25,516 bases of DNA, from IMG/VR virus record IMGVR_UViG_3300008255_000444, positions 1 to 25,516 of that record. One strand, 5' to 3'. The notes under the pieces are model-generated. The model made no database searches. It worked only from the letters and a program-made list of their open reading frames with translations, and had not been told where the DNA came from. How positions within the stretch are numbered: the stretch's first letter is position 1; each line of letters begins with the position of its first letter. Positions 8,701 through 15,322 of the stretch are shown one piece after another. Made by a program: the position numbers and the translations under genes. This stretch comes from a virus. Lineage: Duplodnaviria > Caudoviricetes.

Positions 8701-9318
8701 CACGACATCACCGCAACTGCCGATCATGTTGACGACGGCGAGCGTCCCCGTGGTTTCATGCACATCGAGGCCGCGCAGAACGACGTTCTTCGAGTTCTCG
8801 AACTGCATCCGCCCGACGATGACCGCGCCATCCTCCGCCGTGATGACCAGCGCCGGGTCATAGGTGATGTTCCTCGCGATCCGCTGCGCCTCGTCCGCGA
8901 TGGACGTCGTGTTGTCCTTCCGATACTCGACCTCCGTCCCGACGCCTCCCAGAGCCTCGGACGCCGCCTTGCACTCGGTATTGTTCAGGACCGTGCATCC
9001 CGCCACGCTCGCATCTATGGTGGCGGTGAAGCTGTCCCCCGCCGTCGTGGTCAGCGTGAGCGTCTTCCCATCGTCCACACCCGGCGTTCCGTTCGCGATC
9101 AGCCGCCCGCCGGAAATGCTCCACGTCCGCGTCGCGCCGGTCTGGTCGTCAACCGTGGCGAGGTCCACCCGCGCGCCCGATGCCGTGAGAGGCCGCCACC
9201 CGCCCGCCCCAGCGAGCGTCGATGCCCGGAACGCCGCCGTCTGGCTGGAGACGGCCGCCCCCCCCCCACGCCGCGCGATGCGCGCGACGAAGCCGGCTGT
9301 CGCCCGCGCGGCGAACAT
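5752..9318 (-). CDS. 1188-aa putative head-spike fibre / polysaccharide depolymerase: parallel beta-helix, SGNH-esterase-like domain, C-terminal LamG/ConA-like beta-sandwich
   Basis: ATG 9318 overlaps the ghsA-like stop (TGATG); repeated beta-helix rungs (KNVVLRGLDV, DVVVEDSKIHG, LTMQRNQIYD, LILRDNEIF, HIDLLQF); IAGLGQSE...PGTG...WANDQ...NGAHP pattern. Confidence 0.75.
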   Translation of the reverse strand: MFAARATAGFVARIARRGGGAAVSSQTAAFRASTLAGAGGWRPLTASGARVDLATVDDQTGATRTWSISGGRLIANGTPGVDDGKTLTLTTTAGDSFTATIDASVAGCTVLNNTECKAASEALGGVGTEVEYRKDNTTSIADEAQRIARNITYDPALVITAEDGAVIVGRMQFENSKNVVLRGLDVHETTGTLAVVNMIGSCGDVVVEDSKIHGVYRDPGPDADYSAVGSYSNCPKAFVWTAGSGGDPGKLTMQRNQIYDTRAGISWKCHDELILRDNEIFRTYSDPVTITWGSGCEPASVKKWFIHNVYHTMIGRPSDLDNPHIDLLQFQTALTAGAAVEAGRIEQCVGWENPAVARGRDIQGFFTNAGTADWVAKDWTICANATMLTGGHPCTLGKMDGGDVYSNQFKSLNGDGTAQMRLGNVALVNPPQFKGNIVEVATEGATDTDSLVIGDGGAIHAYADVFVAPNFNITTLEEFLSAFAMKPFGPADADNSGTGTVGDYGAIGSGAATFGTALDGAGWSVNENYAPGLSPIVIAGLGQSEFAYVSERGGIYQTLTPPALEAENLTIYQRNGAGLTAETTTTKTVLTSANRLTVNPAMVVMANALNHVAPGRQFAFVDLCEPGTGRTGWVDDANNDRIWARSADMVAEAVADYGGIDRMCEFWWANDQTAMPNWLANMAAIYYGQNPDGSAFTLGNTRSTATISPSAVVDHCIYDFESADTDTLGRGLLKRSVPLDIVRKGPWDGDSESRYIGVESFVADSRFVALGGKYGPPAFTWWSNGAHPIVTDPVGQYEAMFDMAFPSFLRAAGLSADEAAFDSITVAPGGAYADISFTPANGGVLSTKRKVKGIADPASPSDYWQEVAGFEILRVADPDGRFYIMRPGSTGIATKYQGTVTLQNDTTVRITPEVAFSPGDQITFLWGPAFSRSDAGYVYPSHLSDAEKLMLDIPIEHVAAYTNSSATDRFCGFCIKTYSDIFEAPGIPEPVPATFWTQGVSAPHWRDPSALPAGTFRVRFEVVARVPASTLPLGSSTTYLGGSEGTWFNLHMNRGTRQVLVWGPDTKDSALTGLFAGAYNVEIFPTDSWRKYVVDVNLVTQEMIVSINDVALPVQALNANTGIFPSAGNRRLTIASKSGAGNFWNAGLQIGYAQYEIDNGSGLTLLKRLDGGAAAVNADPWLMAGAAV

Positions 9319-9584
9319 CAGGTGAGCACCAGAGCATGGATCTGCGTCGCCGTCGTGCCGGTGGCCCGCACCCGCTTCACGCCGCAGAGAATCCACCCGA
9401 AATCGGAGACGCCGACCGTCCGCGTCTCGCCCTTCTGGCTGACGAAGGAGACGTCGCCCGCCCCCTCGACATAGAGCGCGATCGCGACGTCGGGCAGGTC
9501 CGCGTCGTCGTCCGGCGTCACCGGCGCGTAGTCGAGGCCCGGCCCGGCGATGCCGAGCGAGCGGGTGTCGAAGGGGTTGGCCAT
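9318..9584 (-). CDS. ghsA: Head-spike base protein, RcGTA Rcc01079 (GhsA) family
   Basis: MANPF...GPGLDYAPVTPDDDADLPDVAIALYVEGAGDVSFV...VKRVRATGTTATQIHALV matches the family pattern I recognise; GAGGAG SD. Confidence 0.85.
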   Translation of the reverse strand: MANPFDTRSLGIAGPGLDYAPVTPDDDADLPDVAIALYVEGAGDVSFVSQKGETRTVGVSDFGWILCGVKRVRATGTTATQIHALVLT

Positions 9585-9612
9585 GTCGGTCTCCTCGGTC
9601 AAGAAAGTCGGG

Positions 9613-9897
9613 TCAGGCGAGGCGGAAATGCGCGTCGAGCGCGGCCTGGTCGGCGGCGACGCCCATCACCTGCGCGAGCGCGAGCAGGTCCGGGTCGAGC
9701 CGTTCGTAGATCTCCGCGTCGTCGATCTTGATGCGGAGCCGCTCGGCGTCGGCGGCGGTGATCGCCTGCGCCGTCTCCAGCCCGTCGATGGCCGCGTGGA
9801 CGTTCGCCTTGGTGACGCCGATGGTGAGCGCGTAGATCCAGAACCGGGTCCGCTTCAGCGTGTCGGGCGCGGCGCGGTTGGCGACCACGAGGCTCAT
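9613..9897 (-). CDS. Small helical phage protein, possible tail-fibre assembly chaperone (94 aa)
   Basis: ATGA overlap; ...AEIYERLDPDLLALAQVMG...ALDAHFRLA resembles post-fibre chaperone C-termini. Confidence 0.65.
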   Translation of the reverse strand: MSLVVANRAAPDTLKRTRFWIYALTIGVTKANVHAAIDGLETAQAITAADAERLRIKIDDAEIYERLDPDLLALAQVMGVAADQAALDAHFRLA

Positions 9898-10328
9898 TCC
9901 CCGCCCTCGCCGACATCGACGTCGAAGGCGGCGCCCTGCGCCGGCCAGAGCTCGTCCACCACGAGGCGCCACGCGCCGGGCGCGCCGATCTCGACGGAAA
10001 GCGCCCCCGCGCCGTCCGCCTCGTCCGCGCCCATCTCGACGGGCGGATCGAGCGTCGGGTCGATCACCCGCACCGTCGCCCCCGGCGGGAGCCCCTCCCA
10101 GAGCGCCGCCGCCCCCGCCGTCAGCGCTGGCGGCGCGGCGGGCGCCGGGCGCGCCGCCAGCGCCGGCCCCGCCGCGACGTAGTGCGACGCGGCGGAGACG
10201 GCGCCGCCCTCCACGATCACCCAGTCCTCCCCCGGCTCGAACGGCTGGTCGGCGAGCGTCTGGTCCGGGAAGGAGAGCACCCGGTCGATCGCCGCCGGCG
10301 CCGCGCCCTGAAACACCGCGATCATCAT
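9894..10328 (-). CDS. Phage tail-associated hypothetical protein (144 aa)
   Basis: ATGA overlap with tail-tip stop; GLPPGATVRV...PGAWRLVVDELWP beta-rich C-terminus. Confidence 0.7.
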   Translation of the reverse strand: MMIAVFQGAAPAAIDRVLSFPDQTLADQPFEPGEDWVIVEGGAVSAASHYVAAGPALAARPAPAAPPALTAGAAALWEGLPPGATVRVIDPTLDPPVEMGADEADGAGALSVEIGAPGAWRLVVDELWPAQGAAFDVDVGEGGE

Positions 10329-13300
10329 GCCCAGGACCCCACGACCGCCGCCCGCCAGTCCTCCTTGGCGAGCGTCCCCGTCCCCGTCTTCACCGTCTCC
10401 AGCCGCACCGCCCGGGTCCCGGCGCCCGCGAACGAGGCGTTGCCGAGGAGGAAGAAGGTGAAAGTCTCCGTCTTCGCGGTGCTTGAATCCGAGCTGATCG
10501 AGAACCGCTCCGTGTGCCGCACCACCCCGTCGATCAGGAGCGAGAAGTCGCAATGAAGCGCCCCCGATTGCGCCACCGTTTGCGAGAGTGTCACCTTCCG
10601 CCGCGCCCATACCGTCACCGATCCGCCGCGCGGCATCACGACGTTCGTCATCGTGACGTTGAGCGCGGAGCCCCCCCCCGCGAACCAGTAGGAGACGGCC
10701 CCGTTCGCCAGCCGCCCGGGCCCGATGGACTCGCCCTTCAGGACGAGGTCGCCGTCGATGACGACCTGCCCGCCCTCGACCGTGAAGATCGCCTTCGTCT
10801 CACCGTTCGACGGATTCCTAACCTGAAACTTGTCGGACGCGAAAATCACCAGATTCGCGTCAAATTTCATGAATGAGTTGTTCGGAAGCGCCCCGATCGT
10901 CCGCCGCGCGACCGAATTGCCCGCCGTCACCGTGAGGATGTCGAACGCCGTCGCCTCGCCCTCGAAATTCGTGAACGCGGTCTGCACGGCGGAGACGGAG
11001 GCCTCCGCCGCGGCGAGCCCGGTCACGTCCTCTACCCGCGGCGCGAAGATCGCAACCCGGCCCGCGGCGGCGCCGACGGAGTTGATCGAGCCCTTGAAGG
11101 CGCGGGTCGCGAAGTTGATCGTCACGTCGATTGAGAAGAACCCCCAGGAGCCCGTCCCGGCGGCGCGCACCGTCGCGCGGGAGAACGCGGTGGACTCCGT
11201 CACCCCGTCGGGCAGGAGGAGCCGAAGGCCGAAGCGGAGCGTCCGGTCCTCGTTGGAGCGGCTAAATCCCCACCCCGAAATCCGCAGAGTCCGCCCGGCG
11301 AGGTTTCCCTCTCGCCACTCGGATTCGTCCACCGTGCCGGCGCCCGAGTTGACCACATCAATCGCCAGATTGAGCCCATCCACAAATCCCGGCGGGCGGA
11401 ACGCCGCGACCGAGACAGTATAATCGCCGGTCGCCGTCCAGAGGCCGACCCCGGCGTCGAACTGGTCGGTGACGATCATGTTCGGCCGGGAGAGGCGCGC
11501 CCTGACCACCTGATCCGCCGCCGCCCGCGCGGTCGTCTCGTCCGCGATCGCCGCGATCCTCTGCGCCGTCTCCGCCGCGAGGTCGCCCGCGAAGGCGTCC
11601 GTCGCCGCGACGGCGATCCCCGCCTGGTCCAGCGCCTCCGCCGCCGCCGCCTCCGCCGCCGCGATCGCCGCGTCGATCTCCTCCGGCGAGAGCGAGGTCG
11701 GCGTCGTCGCCTCCAGCGGGCCGAAGGCGCCCGATTCGTTCCCGGATCGATCAATCGCGGAGACGAAATAGCGGCGCGTCACACCCGACGGCAGGCCGAG
11801 CCGGACGAAGGAGACGTCCGCCGCGCCGGGCGGCGCCGCGACGTCGAGAATCGCCAGCGTCGCGCCGAAGGCCGCCCCGCTCGCGCCCTCGTAGAGCCGG
11901 AGCGCCGCGAGGTCGCGGTCCGCCGGCGTCCCGATCACGAAGCGGAAGCCCCCGGCGATGGGGAAGATCGCGCCCGAGGTCGGGATCGCCGGCGGCGTCA
12001 CGTCCCCCGCCGGCGTCACCGACCCCGGCCCGCCGCCGACCGAGCGGATTCCGAGCGTGTTGACCGAATAGACCAGCACGGTCGCGCCCGCCGTCGCCGA
12101 GAGGCCGAAGATCTGGAATTCGAGCGCCGTCGTCCGCGCCGAGAAGGTCCGCCCGCCCTGCGTCCACTCGACCTCGTAGCGGTCGAAATAGAGGAGCCCC
12201 GCCGCCGGCTCCTCCCAGGCCACGTCGAGCCAGCGCGTCACCGTCCCGTCCGGCTCCACCCGCCGCGCCGCCGTCACCGTCACGTTGACCGGCGGCGGGG
12301 AGAAGAACGGGTCCGGCAGGGTGGAGGAGAGGGACTCGGGCGGCTCCGTCGCCGCGCCCTCGACCCAGCCCCAGAAGGAGGGCGCATCCTCCAGCGCGAC
12401 GATCTCCACCCGCGGCCCGTCCGGGTCGAAGACGGCGCGGGATTCGATGATCTCGAACACCCCCGAGAGCCCGATCGCCGCGAGCGCCAGCGTCACCCGA
12501 TGCCCGGGCAGGAGCGCGGCGTTCAGCGCGGAGAAGGGAACCGACGCCGCGACCTTGCGGAGCCGCCGCGTCTGGCGGAGCGCGAGGAGCGCGAGGCGCG
12601 AGGCCCGCTGCCACTTCGTCTCCCGCGCGAAGTCGAGCTCGAGGAGCCGCGCGTCTTCCGGCGCGCCGGAATAATCGTCGAAGATCACCGTCTTGAATTG
12701 CTCCGCCTGAAAGCGCGCGCCGCCGCCCTGCGGCCGGAACGTCCCGCGGACGCCCTCCCATTTCTCCTCGACCAGCGTCTCCGCCGTCACCTTCAGAGGC
12801 GCGAGGAAATCGTCTTCGGCGAAATCGGCGACGGGCGCGGAATAGGCCCCCGGCTGGATCACCAGCCGATCCCCCGCGTTGACCAGCCCGCGGAGATTCC
12901 CGCCCTGCCGCAGCCATTCGCCGAGCGCCTCGCGCGGGATCACGTCGGAGGCAAAGGCTCCATTCATTTCATAGCGCGGAATCGTCCCGCCGCCGGCGAT
13001 GGAGACGCCCTCGTCGCAGATGTTCGCGGCCGCCGAGACTTCGGCGTCGGAGAAGCGGGCCGCGGGAATCCCCCCGCGCCGGATCAACCAGTCGCGGAAG
13101 CAAAGCGCCCAGTTCGCCGACCAGGCCGTGAGGCCGGAGCGCGGGTCGAAGACGCGGGCGCCCCGAACCCGGAACCAGAGCTTTTGCGGCAGGCCGTCCG
13201 GCCATTTCTTTTTGACGTTGCGAAAGCGGATGTAGCACCAGGCGCGCCCCGTGACCTTGAAGGTCGAGTCGATCTTGCCGTCGAGCCCGGCGAGCATGTC

Positions 13301-13768
13301 CGTCGGGGTCGAGGGCGCCGGCCCGCCCAGCCGCACCGCGAGGATCACCCGGTCGGTGTAGTCGGCGTCGAGCCCCCCGGCGAGGGACCAGATGCGCCGG
13401 TCCCCGTCCCAGATTTCGAGCACATCCTCGATCCGGTGCCCGGCGATCACCCATCCGGTGATCAGGTCGCGCCCCTTCTGGTCGCTCGATTCCTTCCAGA
13501 CGTTCGCCACCCCGCCGACCCGGCATTCGCCGTAGACGTCCGGCAGGAAGAGCGGCGTCGGCTGGCGGATCGAGGCGTCGGGCGCGAAGGTCTTCGGCTT
13601 CGGCGCGAGGAGGGAGGAGAGGCCAGCGCCGGCGGCGGCGACCGCCCCGGCGGCGACGATGGAGCCGACCGCCGCCGACGTCGCCAGCGCGGCGAAGCCC
13701 GAGGCCGCGCCAAGCGTGATCGCCTGGCTGGCCGCCGCGGCGAGGGCTACTCCGGCGACCGCGGGCAC
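10325..13768 (-). CDS. Tail tip / host-specificity protein (lambda gpJ-like central fibre) with FN3 domains, coiled coil and carbohydrate-binding-like insert
   Basis: GTG 13768 after GGAGG; YGECRVGG, VRGARVFDPR..TAWSANWALCFRDWL, AANICDE, FN3-like LDVAWEEP..RYEVEW and YFVSAIDRSGNES, FASDKFQV..FTVEGGQVVI. Confidence 0.88.
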   Translation of the reverse strand: MPAVAGVALAAAASQAITLGAASGFAALATSAAVGSIVAAGAVAAAGAGLSSLLAPKPKTFAPDASIRQPTPLFLPDVYGECRVGGVANVWKESSDQKGRDLITGWVIAGHRIEDVLEIWDGDRRIWSLAGGLDADYTDRVILAVRLGGPAPSTPTDMLAGLDGKIDSTFKVTGRAWCYIRFRNVKKKWPDGLPQKLWFRVRGARVFDPRSGLTAWSANWALCFRDWLIRRGGIPAARFSDAEVSAAANICDEGVSIAGGGTIPRYEMNGAFASDVIPREALGEWLRQGGNLRGLVNAGDRLVIQPGAYSAPVADFAEDDFLAPLKVTAETLVEEKWEGVRGTFRPQGGGARFQAEQFKTVIFDDYSGAPEDARLLELDFARETKWQRASRLALLALRQTRRLRKVAASVPFSALNAALLPGHRVTLALAAIGLSGVFEIIESRAVFDPDGPRVEIVALEDAPSFWGWVEGAATEPPESLSSTLPDPFFSPPPVNVTVTAARRVEPDGTVTRWLDVAWEEPAAGLLYFDRYEVEWTQGGRTFSARTTALEFQIFGLSATAGATVLVYSVNTLGIRSVGGGPGSVTPAGDVTPPAIPTSGAIFPIAGGFRFVIGTPADRDLAALRLYEGASGAAFGATLAILDVAAPPGAADVSFVRLGLPSGVTRRYFVSAIDRSGNESGAFGPLEATTPTSLSPEEIDAAIAAAEAAAAEALDQAGIAVAATDAFAGDLAAETAQRIAAIADETTARAAADQVVRARLSRPNMIVTDQFDAGVGLWTATGDYTVSVAAFRPPGFVDGLNLAIDVVNSGAGTVDESEWREGNLAGRTLRISGWGFSRSNEDRTLRFGLRLLLPDGVTESTAFSRATVRAAGTGSWGFFSIDVTINFATRAFKGSINSVGAAAGRVAIFAPRVEDVTGLAAAEASVSAVQTAFTNFEGEATAFDILTVTAGNSVARRTIGALPNNSFMKFDANLVIFASDKFQVRNPSNGETKAIFTVEGGQVVIDGDLVLKGESIGPGRLANGAVSYWFAGGGSALNVTMTNVVMPRGGSVTVWARRKVTLSQTVAQSGALHCDFSLLIDGVVRHTERFSISSDSSTAKTETFTFFLLGNASFAGAGTRAVRLETVKTGTGTLAKEDWRAAVVGSWA

Positions 13769-14196
13769 AGCAGCGCCTCCGTTTTCCAGGCCGCGACCGC
13801 GGCGGAGAGGGGCAGGCGGAGGAGCCCGGCCGGCTCCGCCGCGATCCAGAGCCCGCCGCCCTCGATCACCGCAAGCGCCAGCGGCCCCGTCGCGCCCGGG
13901 TCGGCCGCGACGGTGGCGACGTCGCCCCGCCCCGCGAAGGGAAGCGGGAGCCGCGGCGCGAGCCGATCCATCGCGGCGCCGAGATCCTCCGCCCCGAGCG
14001 CCCGGAGCGCGCGCCGGGCCGAGACCTCGGACTCCCACGCCGGAAGGGCGAAGGCGTCGCCCCCGCCGGCCTGCGCCGCGACGCAGCGCGCCGCGAAGCT
14101 CGCGCAGTCATGCTCGCCCCACGCCCAGGGCCGCGCCTTCGCCGCCTCGATCTCCTCGGCGAGACCGATCTCCCAGTTCTCGCGCCGCCCGCTCAT
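13747..14196 (-). CDS. NlpC/P60-like tail tip assembly protein (DUF6950-type)
   Basis: ARPWAWGEHDCASFAARCV, AGRGDVA, AWK; position between hub and tip genes. Confidence 0.8.
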   Translation of the reverse strand: MSGRRENWEIGLAEEIEAAKARPWAWGEHDCASFAARCVAAQAGGGDAFALPAWESEVSARRALRALGAEDLGAAMDRLAPRLPLPFAGRGDVATVAADPGATGPLALAVIEGGGLWIAAEPAGLLRLPLSAAVAAWKTEALLCPRSPE

Positions 14197-14702
14197 TTCA
14201 GCCGCGCCGTCCCGTCGACCAGCCCGGCGACGAAGTCGGCCCCCGTGTCCGCCGGGTCGATCACCCGCTGCGACTCGGGCGAGAACCGCTCCGGCCGGGC
14301 GATCCCGAGATCGATCAGAAAGGATTGCGCCGCGACGGTGATCGAGGGCGAAGCCGGGTCCGCGTCGATCTCCGGCGTCTCGACGTAGCCGGACCACGCC
14401 CCGAAGGGCGCGCCGACGCGGAGGAGCGTATCCGGGTCGATCACGACGTTCGCGATCCAGATCTCCGCCCGCGTGAGATCGGGGGAGAGGGCGAGAGCGA
14501 TCAGCTCGGCCGAGGCGCCCGACCAGGTGATCGCGACCGAGCCGCCGTCCGCCGCCGTCGAGGGCCCGCGCGGGCCGTGCTTCACGAGCCCGGCGGAGGC
14601 GATCCACGTCCGGCCCTCCGCGTCCGTCCACTCGAAAGGGAGCGAGGAGACGCGGACGACGCCGTCCGGATGATCGAGCTGATAGAGCACGGCGGCGATC
14701 AA
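14193..14702 (-). CDS. Minor tail / baseplate hub protein (gpL-like position)
   Basis: TTG start overlapping the upstream stop (TTGA) after GGAGG; WSGYVETPEI, ERFSPESQRVIDPADTGADFV. Confidence 0.75.
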   Translation of the reverse strand: MIAAVLYQLDHPDGVVRVSSLPFEWTDAEGRTWIASAGLVKHGPRGPSTAADGGSVAITWSGASAELIALALSPDLTRAEIWIANVVIDPDTLLRVGAPFGAWSGYVETPEIDADPASPSITVAAQSFLIDLGIARPERFSPESQRVIDPADTGADFVAGLVDGTARLK

Positions 14703-15322
14703 TTGAACGCCTCCACGAAGCGCCAGACCATCGGCCCCGCATTCTGGCCCGCCGCCCCGCGCCCGAGAGAGACGGAAAAGGAAAGCGGCGGCGCCTCCTG
14801 CAGCCGCCAGAGCGAAAGCACCCCGGTGAGCCTGAACGTCGCGGCGGCGCTCACCGGCTGGCGTAGCCGGGGGAAGAGCGCCAGCGCGGCGGAGCCCGCC
14901 CCGTCCGCCGTCACGTCGGCGCGGAGGGAGAAGAGCCGCCCCTCCGGGTCGGAAAGGAGCGAGCCGGCGAGGAGGGTCTTGCCCGCGCCGAGTCCCGAGA
15001 CGGTCAGAACCTCCGCCCCGGCGGCGGCGGCGGAGGCCGAGACCGTCGCCGCCGTCGTCGTCCCCCGCCGCGGCGCGATGTGATCCACCGCGAAGCGCGC
15101 GAGCGCGTCCGCCCGGCGGAGCTGCGCCGCCCAGGCCGAGAGCGCGCCCGCCTGGTCGCGGGTCAGCGCCGCCGTCTGCGCCTGGCACTCCCACCATTGC
15201 CCGCCGAAATCGAGGCGCGTCTCCCGGCCCGAATAGAGCGAGCGCGTCTCCGCGACCGTGTCCCGCGCCATCAGCGAAAGCTCCGCGAGGCGGAACTCGG
15301 GCGGGGCGGGATGGATCGTCAC
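14699..15322 (-). CDS. Distal tail protein
   Basis: Immediately after tape measure; SLYSGRETRLDFGGQWW, LALFPRLR, C-terminal FVEAF. Confidence 0.75.
   Translation of the reverse strand: MTIHPAPPEFRLAELSLMARDTVAETRSLYSGRETRLDFGGQWWECQAQTAALTRDQAGALSAWAAQLRRADALARFAVDHIAPRRGTTTAATVSASAAAAGAEVLTVSGLGAGKTLLAGSLLSDPEGRLFSLRADVTADGAGSAALALFPRLRQPVSAAATFRLTGVLSLWRLQEAPPLSFSVSLGRGAAGQNAGPMVWRFVEAFN

Noticed and set aside
9319-9396. N-terminal extension of the 1214-aa ORF; likewise track starts at 153, 840, 1969, 2661, 3660, 5063, 5730, 14038, 14742 and 15197
   Set aside because: They overlap upstream genes; downstream starts with SD or stop/start coupling fit better
6448-9474. 1008-aa ORF on the + strand
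   Set aside because: Antisense shadow of the fibre gene; Arg/Val/Asp-rich with no motifs, as expected at high GC
5752-13768. Diversity-generating retroelement or invertase cassette acting on the fibre genes
   Set aside because: No reverse transcriptase, recombinase, TR/VR pair or flanking inverted repeats seen in the window
12500-15083. Long + strand ORFs (613 and 474 aa) and similar ones at 19179-22776
   Set aside because: Shadows of well-supported minus-strand structural genes
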